DNA of 64,000 nucleotides from an uncultured Alphaproteobacteria bacterium (lineage in GTDB: Bacteria; Pseudomonadota; Alphaproteobacteria; Rs-D84; CACZYB01). The notes under the pieces were generated by a model that was given only the letters and a program-made list of their open reading frames with translations, searched no databases and was not told the DNA's origin. The DNA lies in contig CAKQHZ010000001.1 of assembly GCA_934246625.1 (NCBI GenBank), forward strand, positions 232,338 through 296,337, in the 5' to 3' direction. Shown here one piece after another: positions 20,013 through 29,819 of this stretch (its first letter is position 1; every line of letters begins with the position of its first letter). A program made the position numbers and the translations under genes.

Positions 20013-20939
20013 CTATTTATGTGTTATCTCAATCTTCTTTTTTGATGCAAGAGGTTCAGCCTTTACAACAACCTCATTTTCTTTCTCTTTAAGTTCAATT
20101 TTTGGCATAGATATAAGGATATTATCCTTAAAAAAATCAGGTTCAAGTTTACATGCAAACTCTACAAATTCCTTTATATATCTTAACTTTTGACGTTTGT
20201 TATCATTTTTAACATTAGGTTGAGCTAAAATATCCTTTGAAATTTTTTGAATATTGTCTGTATTATGAAATTTTGAATAGTCATCATCAAGAGATAGACC
20301 TAACTTATTAAAATTTTCCTTTAAAAAATTTCTTTTTCTTTTGGTTTCAGCCTCCCCGTTATTGGCTTTTAAAAGCATTGAATCCAATATATATTCAAGA
20401 GTATGTTTCGGTGGTTCAATTATTTGAATTCCACCTACTTTTTTGAATAGTTCAGAACCAAAAGTTTTTTCAAGTAGTTTATACTTATATTCCATAGATT
20501 TCAATCTGTCCGATATTTCCTTTTGAACATTGTATTTTGCAATATTTTGATTTAACTCTCCATATAATTTTATAAATTCAGCCATCGTTTGAGGGTCATT
20601 ATCTTTTGCAATAAACCATTCATCAGGAATATTAAGCATAAAGCCCAAATTACAAGAAGATAAAGGCCTTCTATATCTTATAACTTCAATTTCCGAGTAT
20701 AATTTGCATAATCTGTCGAATTTTTCGTTGAAATCCTTAATTTCATTCATTTTGCCTAACGCCTCATAATAACTATTAGTATGTAAGGAATAGCACAAAT
20801 ACCGCCTTTTTCCTTCCACTCTTGACAATTCTATTCTACAGTAAAAGACATTATTCCTCAACCATAAATGTGGTTGGATTTTGCTTTGTGCTATACAGTT
20901 TGCCATGCACTTTTTATCCATTTGCAACTTTCCTAACAT
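20013..20939 (-). CDS. Hypothetical protein with an integrase arm-binding-like N-terminus
   Basis: N-terminal NNVFYCRIELSRVEGKRRYLCYSLHTNSYYEALGKMNEI resembles an arm-type DNA-binding domain. No catalytic R/HxxR/Y motifs were found. Confidence 0.25.
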   Translation of the reverse strand: MLGKLQMDKKCMANCIAQSKIQPHLWLRNNVFYCRIELSRVEGKRRYLCYSLHTNSYYEALGKMNEIKDFNEKFDRLCKLYSEIEVIRYRRPLSSCNLGFMLNIPDEWFIAKDNDPQTMAEFIKLYGELNQNIAKYNVQKEISDRLKSMEYKYKLLEKTFGSELFKKVGGIQIIEPPKHTLEYILDSMLLKANNGEAETKRKRNFLKENFNKLGLSLDDDYSKFHNTDNIQKISKDILAQPNVKNDNKRQKLRYIKEFVEFACKLEPDFFKDNILISMPKIELKEKENEVVVKAEPLASKKKIEITHK

Positions 20940-21050
20940 TTTTAAGGAGTTAAAATTGTTAACTATTTGTTTTTGCTAGTATTTTGCAAAAGATAAAATT
21001 CTTTAAATTGATTAAAGTGAGAAATAAAAAATCAGTAAAATCAAAGATTT

Positions 21051-21103
21051 TTTAGTGGTGCCGGCACACGGACTCGAACCGCGGACCTGATGATTACAAA
21101 TCA
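21051..21103 (-). repeat. Partial copy of the tRNA-Thr 3' end plus 6 flanking nt: direct repeat/att site marking the distal island end
   Basis: The 53-bp stretch ttttagtggtgccggcacacggactcgaaccgcggacctgatgattacaaatca is identical to 38274-38326. The sequences diverge immediately after it. Confidence 0.7.
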
Positions 21104-21349
21104 TAAGGGCTATTATTTTACAATTTTTGATTGTAATTTATTTTATTGTATAATCAATATGTTAAATCGTTTTATGAAAATTTTAAGATTTACCAAAATT
21201 GATGTATTTTGACCTTTTTTGATAAAAAATACGGCAATAATTCGGCAATGAAAATTGAATAAAAATCCTTGATTTTAGCAATGTATATACTTATAATTAA
21301 ATTATGATTCGGCAATAAATGAAACAATTAAGGAACAAAGGGTTAAAAA

Positions 21350-22378
21350 ATGGAAAATAAAGGAAATATTATAATATACAAAGATGAAAATGGCACAGTT
21401 AAGGCTAATGCTTTATTTGCCAATGAAACTATATGGCTTACACAAAAAGGAATGAGTGAACTTTTTGATATAGACCCTTCTGGTATAAGCAAACATATAC
21501 AAAATATATTTAATGACGGAGAATTGGCAGAAAACACGACTCTTGCAAAATTTGCAACTGTCGTAAATCGAGGTTTTCGTGGTCCAATAGAAGAGGAACT
21601 TGATTACTATAATCTTGATATGATTATTGCTGTCGGATATAGAGTAAATTCCAAAAAAGCAACTGCTTTTCGTATTTGGGCGACAAATGTTTTAAAAGAA
21701 TTTATTACAAAAGGCTTTATCCTTGATGATGAACGCTTAAAAAATGGAAATATGTTCGGTAAAGATTATTTTAGAGAATTATTAGAACGTATTCGTGATA
21801 TTAGGATTAGTGAAAAAAGACTATATCAACAATTAAAAGATATTTACGCCCTTTCCGCTGATTATACAAAAGATAATAAAGATGCCTTACGATTTTTTGC
21901 AACAGTCCAAAATAAAGTGCATTTTGCAATTACTGGAAAAACTGCTCCTGAAATTATATATGAAAGAGCAGACTCTGAAAAATCTAATATGGGACTTACA
22001 TCTTGGAAAAATTCACCAAACGGAAAAATCTCCAAATCAGATATTGGTATTGCTAAAAATTATCTTAATGATTCCGAATTACAAGATTTAAGGGGAATAA
22101 TAAATATGTTCCTTGATTATGCAGAAATGCAAACAAGAAATAACAAACTAATTTATATGAAAGATTGGGAAAAACGTCTTGACGACTTTATAAAATTTAA
22201 TGAAAAGCAAGTTTTATCAAATGCCGGAAAGATATCTCGTATGACAGCACTAAGAAAAGCCTTTTCTGAATATGATAAATATAAAGAATTATTAAGAATA
22301 GAAGAAAAGGAACAAGCTGAAAAAGAAATAGAAACAGATATAAAAGAATTAAATGAAATTTTAGTGAAGAATAATTAG
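21350..22378 (+). CDS. RhuM-family protein (virulence/DNA-binding family common on islands)
   Basis: N-terminal IIIYKDENGTVKANALFANETIWLTQKGMSELF pattern, and the family-typical length. Confidence 0.55.
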   Translation: MENKGNIIIYKDENGTVKANALFANETIWLTQKGMSELFDIDPSGISKHIQNIFNDGELAENTTLAKFATVVNRGFRGPIEEELDYYNLDMIIAVGYRVNSKKATAFRIWATNVLKEFITKGFILDDERLKNGNMFGKDYFRELLERIRDIRISEKRLYQQLKDIYALSADYTKDNKDALRFFATVQNKVHFAITGKTAPEIIYERADSEKSNMGLTSWKNSPNGKISKSDIGIAKNYLNDSELQDLRGIINMFLDYAEMQTRNNKLIYMKDWEKRLDDFIKFNEKQVLSNAGKISRMTALRKAFSEYDKYKELLRIEEKEQAEKEIETDIKELNEILVKNN

Positions 22379-22435
22379 CATATCAGTTGTTCGAGATTTT
22401 CGAATAACTGATAATCAATAAAACAGGAATATCTT

Positions 22436-23596
22436 ATGTCAAAACAATTTAACTTCACCAAAAAAGATATTGATGCATTGCCAGTGCCAAACAAAGGTTT
22501 TGCCACCTACTCTGACACAACGGAAAAAGGGTTGAAACTCTACATTACTCCAACAAGGACAAAGACTTTCTTTATTCGTAAATTTATAAATGGGCGGGAT
22601 GAACGGCTTATCATAGGTCCGTATCCGGATTTGACTATTTCACAGGCGAGGGAGAAAGCAAGAATTTTAAAGGGGACTATTGCAAACGGCATCAACCCAG
22701 CGGAGGAGAAAAGAAAACTTCGCCGTGATATGACCGTTGCGGAATTTTTTGATTACTACATTACAAATTACTCCACAAAGAAAAAGCGCCCTAATTCCAT
22801 CAGGTCGGAAAAAACTTTGTATAAAAATCATATTGCAGATTTTCTCGGGTATAAAAAGATGACCTTGGTGCAAAAGGCGGACATTGAACGGATTTTAAAG
22901 CCCTTGGTAAATCAAGGCAACTTTGCCACAGCAAACAGGATACTTGCCCTGTTTTCTGGTATGTATAACAGAGCGATTGAATGGGGTTATCCCGATGAAA
23001 ATCCGACAAAGGGGATAAAAAAGCAACGCGAAAAATCACGGGAGAGATTTTTGCAACCTGATGAATTGCCACGATTTTTTGAGATGTTAAACTCTGTTAA
23101 AAATGAGAATTTTAAAAACTATATATTGCTTTCACTTTTTACGGGGCAACGAAAAAATAATGTGCTTTCAATGAAATGGGAGCAGATAGATTTGTCGCTT
23201 GGGATTTGGTTTATACCACACACGAAAAATGGAGAAAGTTTGAATTGTGCGTTGAGTGATGAGGCAATAAAACTTCTCTCTGATATAAAACAAAATACAA
23301 CCTCCGAGTGGGTTTTGCCAAGTGAAACTTCCTCCAGCGGGCATTATGAAGAGCCGAAACGGGCTTGGAGAACCTTGCTTAAAAATGCAGGGATTGAAAA
23401 TTTACATCTTCATGATTTAAGGCGAACCCTTGGAAGCTATCAGGCGATAGGCGGTTCAAGTTTACAAATAATTGGTCAATCTTTGGGACATAAATCCTTG
23501 CAATCTACACAAATATACGCCCGCCTTATCAAAGCTCCCGTCCGCCAAAGCACAAACATGGCCGTCGCGAAAATTTTGGAGTATGCGAAGAGGTAG
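22436..23596 (+). CDS. int: Tyrosine integrase, P4-like (N-terminal arm-binding DUF4102-type domain)
   Basis: KGLKLYITPTRTKTFFIRKF arm domain. Catalytic motifs are HDLRRT and LGHKSLQSTQIYARL (the Tyr nucleophile). Confidence 0.9.
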   Translation: MSKQFNFTKKDIDALPVPNKGFATYSDTTEKGLKLYITPTRTKTFFIRKFINGRDERLIIGPYPDLTISQAREKARILKGTIANGINPAEEKRKLRRDMTVAEFFDYYITNYSTKKKRPNSIRSEKTLYKNHIADFLGYKKMTLVQKADIERILKPLVNQGNFATANRILALFSGMYNRAIEWGYPDENPTKGIKKQREKSRERFLQPDELPRFFEMLNSVKNENFKNYILLSLFTGQRKNNVLSMKWEQIDLSLGIWFIPHTKNGESLNCALSDEAIKLLSDIKQNTTSEWVLPSETSSSGHYEEPKRAWRTLLKNAGIENLHLHDLRRTLGSYQAIGGSSLQIIGQSLGHKSLQSTQIYARLIKAPVRQSTNMAVAKILEYAKR

Positions 23597-23758
23597 GGAT
23601 ATTCATACAAAGTGTGATTTTATGATTGGTAATTGCAGAGTAATTTCAAACCCTAGAGTATATTAACTATGGCGAAAATCCCCAATGGAACAAGAATGGT
23701 TGTATAATTGAGGTGTAGGAGGATAATGTTTATACTTCATCATTTGGAAATGTTCGTG

Positions 23759-24364
23759 TTATTTCGTATGCTCATCTCCAATTTTTATATATTTTCTATA
23801 AATTTCCACAGGATTTAGTTTAAAAATTTCTGTTAATATATCATGCTCTTCATTTACTATTTTTGTTCGCTCATTGTCGACAGGGAGATCTTCTATTTTA
23901 AAATTTAAAATAAATGCTTTCTTAGCTTTATTTAACCATAGTTCAGTATATTCAACAATATCTTTTGGTAAATAAAGTCTTGCTTCTGAAAATGCTTTAT
24001 AAATATAATTATGAGCTTTTGCATTAACATGACCGGCTCTCCAACATTCTGATATAAATGAATTAACCAAATTATAATTATCCAAAAACAATTTTCTTTC
24101 ATCATCTGTTAATACTTGTTTTTGAGTCATAAAATCAATTTCATAATCTTTAAATTTTATACGAGATAAATCCATATATTTAAATATCCAACAAACAAGA
24201 GCTATAATTCCAAAATAAAAACCTTTTAAATCAAATAAAATTAAAATAAAAGATATGACAGGAATTAGCAATAAAAAGAAATATTTTATTGAAATATTAT
24301 ATTGAGATAAATAACTTTCTAAATTTCCATACCAAATTTCTACTTTATTTACTTTCTTATTCAT
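23759..24364 (-). CDS. Hypothetical membrane protein (two N-terminal TM helices)
   Basis: Hydrophobic segments YFFLLLIPVISFILILF and GIIALVCWIF, with a cytoplasmic C-terminal domain. Confidence 0.3.
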   Translation of the reverse strand: MNKKVNKVEIWYGNLESYLSQYNISIKYFFLLLIPVISFILILFDLKGFYFGIIALVCWIFKYMDLSRIKFKDYEIDFMTQKQVLTDDERKLFLDNYNLVNSFISECWRAGHVNAKAHNYIYKAFSEARLYLPKDIVEYTELWLNKAKKAFILNFKIEDLPVDNERTKIVNEEHDILTEIFKLNPVEIYRKYIKIGDEHTK

Positions 24365-24368
24365 ATTT

Positions 24369-24716
24369 TTATTTTCCTTGAAACAATTTATTTAAAATAA
24401 ATTCAAAACCTTCATCTTTTAATTTATCAACAGCTACATAAAAAGGAATATTGTTAGTAAGATAAACTAATGATTTATAGACTGTATTATAATCAAGTTC
24501 TTCATATTTAACTATTTTAACATTTGTAAATATAGATAATGCGTTGATAGATTGTTTATATCTTTCCATAGATTTATTTAATCTATCTTGTAGTTCATTA
24601 AAATTATTTCTCCTTATAACCTCTATATTTTCATGATAAAAAGATATATCTTCTCCTAAATCATAAGAAGATTTCATTATTTTTAATCCTTCATAGACAT
24701 CATCAAATGTAATCAT
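24369..24716 (-). CDS. Hypothetical protein (upstream partner of the membrane protein)
   Basis: ORF only. It lies 4 bp from the downstream gene. Confidence 0.3.
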   Translation of the reverse strand: MITFDDVYEGLKIMKSSYDLGEDISFYHENIEVIRRNNFNELQDRLNKSMERYKQSINALSIFTNVKIVKYEELDYNTVYKSLVYLTNNIPFYVAVDKLKDEGFEFILNKLFQGK

Positions 24717-25148
24717 ATTCTCTATCCTTTCTGTAATTTATTATAATTCTGTATGTTTTTTAATATTCTATTTACATTTTGTTTATTTACAATATTTTAT
24801 TTCCTTCAAAACATACCACATTCAACCTATTTAGCACCGTTCAGCCACCTTTGTAACCGTTTGCAAGCACTTTGAGACTACTTACAACTGGTAAGTAAAG
24901 TGTTTTTTTATTAAGTATAACATATTGAAAAGATGGAGTAAAACTTGAAGTTGTTTTTTTGACTCGAAAGTAGCTTGCCCTAATTCTGCAACCATTTAGA
25001 ATTTTTTTGAACCAAATACCAACCTGTTTGATAGTTTTTATACCATTAGTTAAAGTTCTATACTAATAAAATCTTTACATCCTATATTGAAATTTAAGGA
25101 CATATTTCTTATATAATAATATATAATTGAATTAAGAAAAGGATTAAA

Positions 25149-26615
25149 ATGTTTTATGCAAATTGGATATTTTTCTTAGGTGATAAAGAAAATAAATATA
25201 AAATTTTTGTATATGGACTTTCTTTACCAACAAATAAAAAAGAAAAATATGTTTCTAAATTACAAAAACTTTGTAAAATTGATAATTATAATTTATATAT
25301 GTTATGTGCAATTACAGAGATAAATAATATTATACAAGATAATACTATAAATTTATCAATTATTTCTGATGAATTACCTCAAATAAAATATTTATGTTCA
25401 AAAAAATTTATTCAACCTGCTGACCCAGGAGAGGCATTGTCATATATTAAAAGTCCTATAAATAGTTTAACAAATATTACTAGCTACTATACTAAAGAAA
25501 TTTTAACAAAAGAGTTTTTAAACGAAGATTTAATTATTCTCTTGAAGCAATTAAATGATATATTAAATCAAAGGTTTTATGGAGAATATTCAAAAAGATT
25601 AGGTTGCTTTGAAATAGGAGAAATACAAACTTGGGCAGAAGATATTATTCCATTTTATTTTAAATTTGATAAAAATAATAATGACTATATTTTTCATAAA
25701 AGAAATGATTTTAAAGAAGATCTTTATATTGTTTTAAAATGTTATTTATCAGATAATGAGAAAATATATGAAAATATAAAATTTGTTTCTAAAACAGATA
25801 ATGATATTCAATTCAATGGAATTAAAGAGCATTGGATATATGAAGCTTCTATATATAATAATACAGGAAATTTAATACATGAGGAAAAATATTTCTATAC
25901 AAAACGTATTTGGTTAAATATATGTCCTAAACCTTCAAATAAAATAAAAATAGAAGATGTATATTCTGAAAAAGATGCTAATTTAAGGACTGTAGATTCT
26001 GCTATATTTACTACTCAATCTATAGTAAATAATCCGTATATTGATATTAAATATGATGAAATAGAAAAATTACATAAAAATATAGAACAGAGAATAAACA
26101 ATTATAAAATCTCTGAAAAAGAAGGAGCATTCTTTTCAGAAAAGGATAAATTAAATTCTATAATAAATTATCTTAATTCTATTAACTTAAAAAATGATAA
26201 AATTATCATTATTGATCCTTATATTGATATAGATTCTTTATCATTAGGGTTGAGATTACATTCAAGCGAATTATTGGTGATTTCTTCAAAAAATCCGCCA
26301 CATATGCCAAAATCCAGTATCAAGCAAAATATACAAAATATACTTAAAGTGAAAAAAGAAAATAATATAAACAGTATTAAAGTTCATTTTATTGAAAAAC
26401 GATTTCATGATAGATTTATTATATTTTTTAATAATCATGAAAAAGATATTTATAGTATATCAAATAGTGTTAACTCCTTAAAAACAAATCCTAATATATT
26501 AATTACAAAATTAAATGGAAAAGTTAGATTTGATGTAGAAAAATATCTTGATACATTAATAGAATTATGTAAACCAGAAAATACAGTTGAAGAAATTTTA
26601 AAAAATGATAAATAA
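25149..26615 (+). CDS. Hypothetical protein (unknown cargo gene A)
   Basis: AT-rich ORF. The C-terminal region KIIIIDPYIDIDSLSLGLRLHSS...FHDRFIIF suggests a possible nucleotide-binding or nuclease-like fold. No confident family was found. Confidence 0.3.
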   Translation: MFYANWIFFLGDKENKYKIFVYGLSLPTNKKEKYVSKLQKLCKIDNYNLYMLCAITEINNIIQDNTINLSIISDELPQIKYLCSKKFIQPADPGEALSYIKSPINSLTNITSYYTKEILTKEFLNEDLIILLKQLNDILNQRFYGEYSKRLGCFEIGEIQTWAEDIIPFYFKFDKNNNDYIFHKRNDFKEDLYIVLKCYLSDNEKIYENIKFVSKTDNDIQFNGIKEHWIYEASIYNNTGNLIHEEKYFYTKRIWLNICPKPSNKIKIEDVYSEKDANLRTVDSAIFTTQSIVNNPYIDIKYDEIEKLHKNIEQRINNYKISEKEGAFFSEKDKLNSIINYLNSINLKNDKIIIIDPYIDIDSLSLGLRLHSSELLVISSKNPPHMPKSSIKQNIQNILKVKKENNINSIKVHFIEKRFHDRFIIFFNNHEKDIYSISNSVNSLKTNPNILITKLNGKVRFDVEKYLDTLIELCKPENTVEEILKNDK

Positions 26616-27858
26616 AAAGTTTTGTTTTAAGAAATTAACTGATACTAAACCAGAAGTTGTATTGACTAATTTAATAAAAAAATTTAACTCTAGGAGAAAT
26701 ATTAAACTTATAAAATATGTTGAAGCATTATCATTATTATCTCATATAAGAAATGAAAAAATTTTTAAGTATCAATTAATAAAAATATTGAAAACAAAAT
26801 TACTTAATAATATTTATAATAAATTAGAGGATTTACCTAGTACTTTTGATGAGATTAATATAGATATATCAGAAATTGATAGTTTAATTAACTCAGAATT
26901 ATCATATAAATTAATAGACAATATTGCAAAAACTGAAATTAATATAAATAAAAATTATAAATATTATGGAATCCGTAACTTATTTCAATATTTATTGGAA
27001 ATAGATTTACAAAATTTTGAAAAATTTATATCAGAAACAAATAGAGATGATTTTAAAATAATATTTGTAAGTATTCTTTTATCTATATTTCCAATATTAG
27101 AAGATATATATAAAAATTGGGATAAAGCTACCTTAGGTATTTTACAGGCATATTATGCAAATATATACTACAATAATAATCCTCACTATTGGCAATTTAA
27201 TTTAAATAAAAATAAAGAGATTAATACAATATTAAAAACAAACTTACCTAATAAAAGTAAATTTATAATATATTTGAAGTATATTATTCAGAAATATCAC
27301 GGTAAAAAATTCACTAATTTATTAAAAGATAGTGAAATTGACAATTTAGTAAATAACCTATTATCTATAGATTATAACTTCACTTGTGAAGAACTATTTG
27401 CTCAATCTCCAGTTTTTTATTCTTCAATATATTTGATAATTATAGATAATGTTTCTGATAAAAAGAAACAATACGAATTTGCTTCTTTCTTATATGAAAA
27501 ACTCATAAATTGTATTGAAAAAAATAATTCAGAATATTATGTTCAATACATAGAATATGCAAATATATTGGGTGATTTAACTATAATTATGAATAATTTT
27601 GATAAACTAGATAAATTATTTAATCAAAATTATAAACAATTATTATTTCCATATAGTTTTTGTAAAAGACAAGATTGGAATGAAAAGATATTATTATTAC
27701 TTTATATACTAATATCAATAAAAATAGTATATGATGGAAATGATATTTCCAACTACTTACATAAATTTAAAGAAGTAAAGGGCAAGCACTTGACAATGCT
27801 AGAAAAAATAAATCCTGATATCTATAATCAGATAATCAAACAATTAGACAATAATTAA
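26605..27858 (+). CDS. Hypothetical protein (unknown cargo gene B, overlapping A by 11 bp)
   Basis: ORF only. It is helical and repeat-like, and translationally coupled to gene A. Confidence 0.3.
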   Translation: MINKKFCFKKLTDTKPEVVLTNLIKKFNSRRNIKLIKYVEALSLLSHIRNEKIFKYQLIKILKTKLLNNIYNKLEDLPSTFDEINIDISEIDSLINSELSYKLIDNIAKTEININKNYKYYGIRNLFQYLLEIDLQNFEKFISETNRDDFKIIFVSILLSIFPILEDIYKNWDKATLGILQAYYANIYYNNNPHYWQFNLNKNKEINTILKTNLPNKSKFIIYLKYIIQKYHGKKFTNLLKDSEIDNLVNNLLSIDYNFTCEELFAQSPVFYSSIYLIIIDNVSDKKKQYEFASFLYEKLINCIEKNNSEYYVQYIEYANILGDLTIIMNNFDKLDKLFNQNYKQLLFPYSFCKRQDWNEKILLLLYILISIKIVYDGNDISNYLHKFKEVKGKHLTMLEKINPDIYNQIIKQLDNN

Positions 27859-27940
27859 AAGAAATAAGCTCTTATAATGGAACATACAAAATATAAATAT
27901 TAAAATCAATGTTAATATATATTTAGATAATTATGTATTA

Positions 27941-29749
27941 TTATGATTCTTTAATCTTATTCAACCAAAATAAATACCATTTATCCTGAATATGTTCTTT
28001 AATTTTATTCTCAATACTAAGAGTATTCAATTTGTTATTTTCTAAACAAAAATTATATAGAATTAAAAATTTAGATAAAGGATAACCCTTTTTATGTTTA
28101 TTTTTAGGAAATAAATATTCTTTTAAATAATGTATATTTTTACATGATCTAATTTCATCCATATTATAAATTACAGAAGATGCATCATTATAGTCACGTT
28201 GTAAAATGAAACTACGTAAATCATTGTATTCATCTTTTAAGTCTGGTAATAAACGAAAAAGAATAGATGAAACTTGTCTAGTTAAAAATGAATTTTTGAT
28301 CCAAAGATTTCGATATTTATTTATATGTTCATAGATAGATTTTGGTGTTTCATATTTAGCAGCAAACCATAAGTAACTATAAAAATTAAATTCTTTATCC
28401 TTAATAGTTAATGATTTTAAATATTTAGATATATAATTTATATTTTCAATATCCACTCTTGAATATCCAATATTCCAATCTATAATTAAAGCAACCAATA
28501 AAAATAACGTTATATCATCATATCTTGTAATATTTATCAATGATTGAAAAATTTTATATGTTTTTTTAGTATATCCTAATTTATATAAATATTGACATAC
28601 ATTAGTTCTCAGATCTGAATATTCTTCAAAAATTCTTGGTAAATATTTTAAGATTTTAGTAAAATTGTTATTTCCAGCAATAGTCAAAAATCTTTTTAAA
28701 ACCTTATCAAAATTTTTATATTGTTTATTCTTGTTCCAATGTCTTCTAAAATATTTCATAAACTCTTTTTCTTTTGGGGGATTTTTGTCAAATATATTTA
28801 ATTGAATATTTTCGTCAAATAAAAAATGTCTTTTTGCCTCAGAAGCATCAAGAATCTTTGTTTTTGACATATTAAGAGACAATCCTCTACTTTTTAAAAC
28901 ATCAGATATATTGCTTAAAATTGACTTAGCCTCCCTTATATCATCAATACCAATAACAATATCATCCATCCATCTTACAAAATTTTCATTTATTTGATAT
29001 TTTAATAAGTAATCAATTTCAAAAAGAAAAGAATGTGCTAATAGTCTAATTGCTTCTAAATTAATTGTAGGCATTCCAATTGATTGATTGGGTAAATAAT
29101 CTGGTTTCCATGATAAATCTTCAATTATATTAAAAATTAAATCTAATAAAACTTCGTCACATTTGATATACCCAGAAACTACACTTCTTAACTCATTTAA
29201 CCGTATACTATCAAAATAATTTGATAAATCTGTTATAATAATATATTTTTTTGTTTTTGTAAATTGAAGAATTTCATTTTGATATATTTTCCATTGTTCA
29301 AACCAATCATTATAATCCGTATTTATTTCATGAGGAAGTTTAATAGAAGAACTTTTATCTCTAGAATAATAAGCATGATTTGAAGGTGCCTGTTTTTCTA
29401 AATCATTACAAAAAGGTTCTATAAGAGCTTGTAAAATAAGAGTGTCACTAGGAGATAAAATAATCATATGGCGACAAATGCCAAATTTTTTCTCTAATGT
29501 ATATATAATTGGTATTTGCGATTTATATTGACCAGAAATAATTTGTTCATTAATTTTACTTGTATTATAATCTATTCTTCTATGAAAATCATAAAAATCA
29601 TGTAAATCAAGAATACTCATACTCCTTACTTGACTCTTAACTTTATGTTTCCATAATGTTTTTAAAGTATCCTTTTTAAATGGATTTTCTAACTGTTTTT
29701 GCCTTTTTTTAAATCTTAACGTTATAGGTTTAGACATTTTAAAACTCAT
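27941..29749 (-). CDS. Reverse transcriptase, stand-alone Abi/defence-type (AbiK/Abi-P2/UG-like), with an RT domain plus a roughly 300-aa helical C-terminal extension
   Basis: RT motifs are FGICRHMIILSPSDTLILQALIEP (1/2), IITDLSNYFDSI (A), GMPTINLEAIRLLAHSF (B'), FVRWMDDIVIG (C, with MDD replacing YxDD) and SLNMSKTKIL (D). There is no maturase, endonuclease or intron-like domain. Confidence 0.8.
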   Translation of the reverse strand: MSFKMSKPITLRFKKRQKQLENPFKKDTLKTLWKHKVKSQVRSMSILDLHDFYDFHRRIDYNTSKINEQIISGQYKSQIPIIYTLEKKFGICRHMIILSPSDTLILQALIEPFCNDLEKQAPSNHAYYSRDKSSSIKLPHEINTDYNDWFEQWKIYQNEILQFTKTKKYIIITDLSNYFDSIRLNELRSVVSGYIKCDEVLLDLIFNIIEDLSWKPDYLPNQSIGMPTINLEAIRLLAHSFLFEIDYLLKYQINENFVRWMDDIVIGIDDIREAKSILSNISDVLKSRGLSLNMSKTKILDASEAKRHFLFDENIQLNIFDKNPPKEKEFMKYFRRHWNKNKQYKNFDKVLKRFLTIAGNNNFTKILKYLPRIFEEYSDLRTNVCQYLYKLGYTKKTYKIFQSLINITRYDDITLFLLVALIIDWNIGYSRVDIENINYISKYLKSLTIKDKEFNFYSYLWFAAKYETPKSIYEHINKYRNLWIKNSFLTRQVSSILFRLLPDLKDEYNDLRSFILQRDYNDASSVIYNMDEIRSCKNIHYLKEYLFPKNKHKKGYPLSKFLILYNFCLENNKLNTLSIENKIKEHIQDKWYLFWLNKIKES

Positions 29750-29819
29750 TAAATATTATTTTGCAAAAATATATTATCTTTATAAGTCTTTTTCAATAAA
29801 AAATATGAATTATTATCTT

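Noticed and set aside
20013-20939. Calling the 308-aa ORF a tyrosine integrase
   Set aside because: Only an arm-binding-like N-terminus is present. No R...HxxR...Y catalytic residues were found.
26290-26420. Phospholipase-D HxK(x)4D motif in the 488-aa cargo protein (FHDRF region)
   Set aside because: There is no Lys at +2 from the His and no second HKD copy, so a PLD assignment is not supported.
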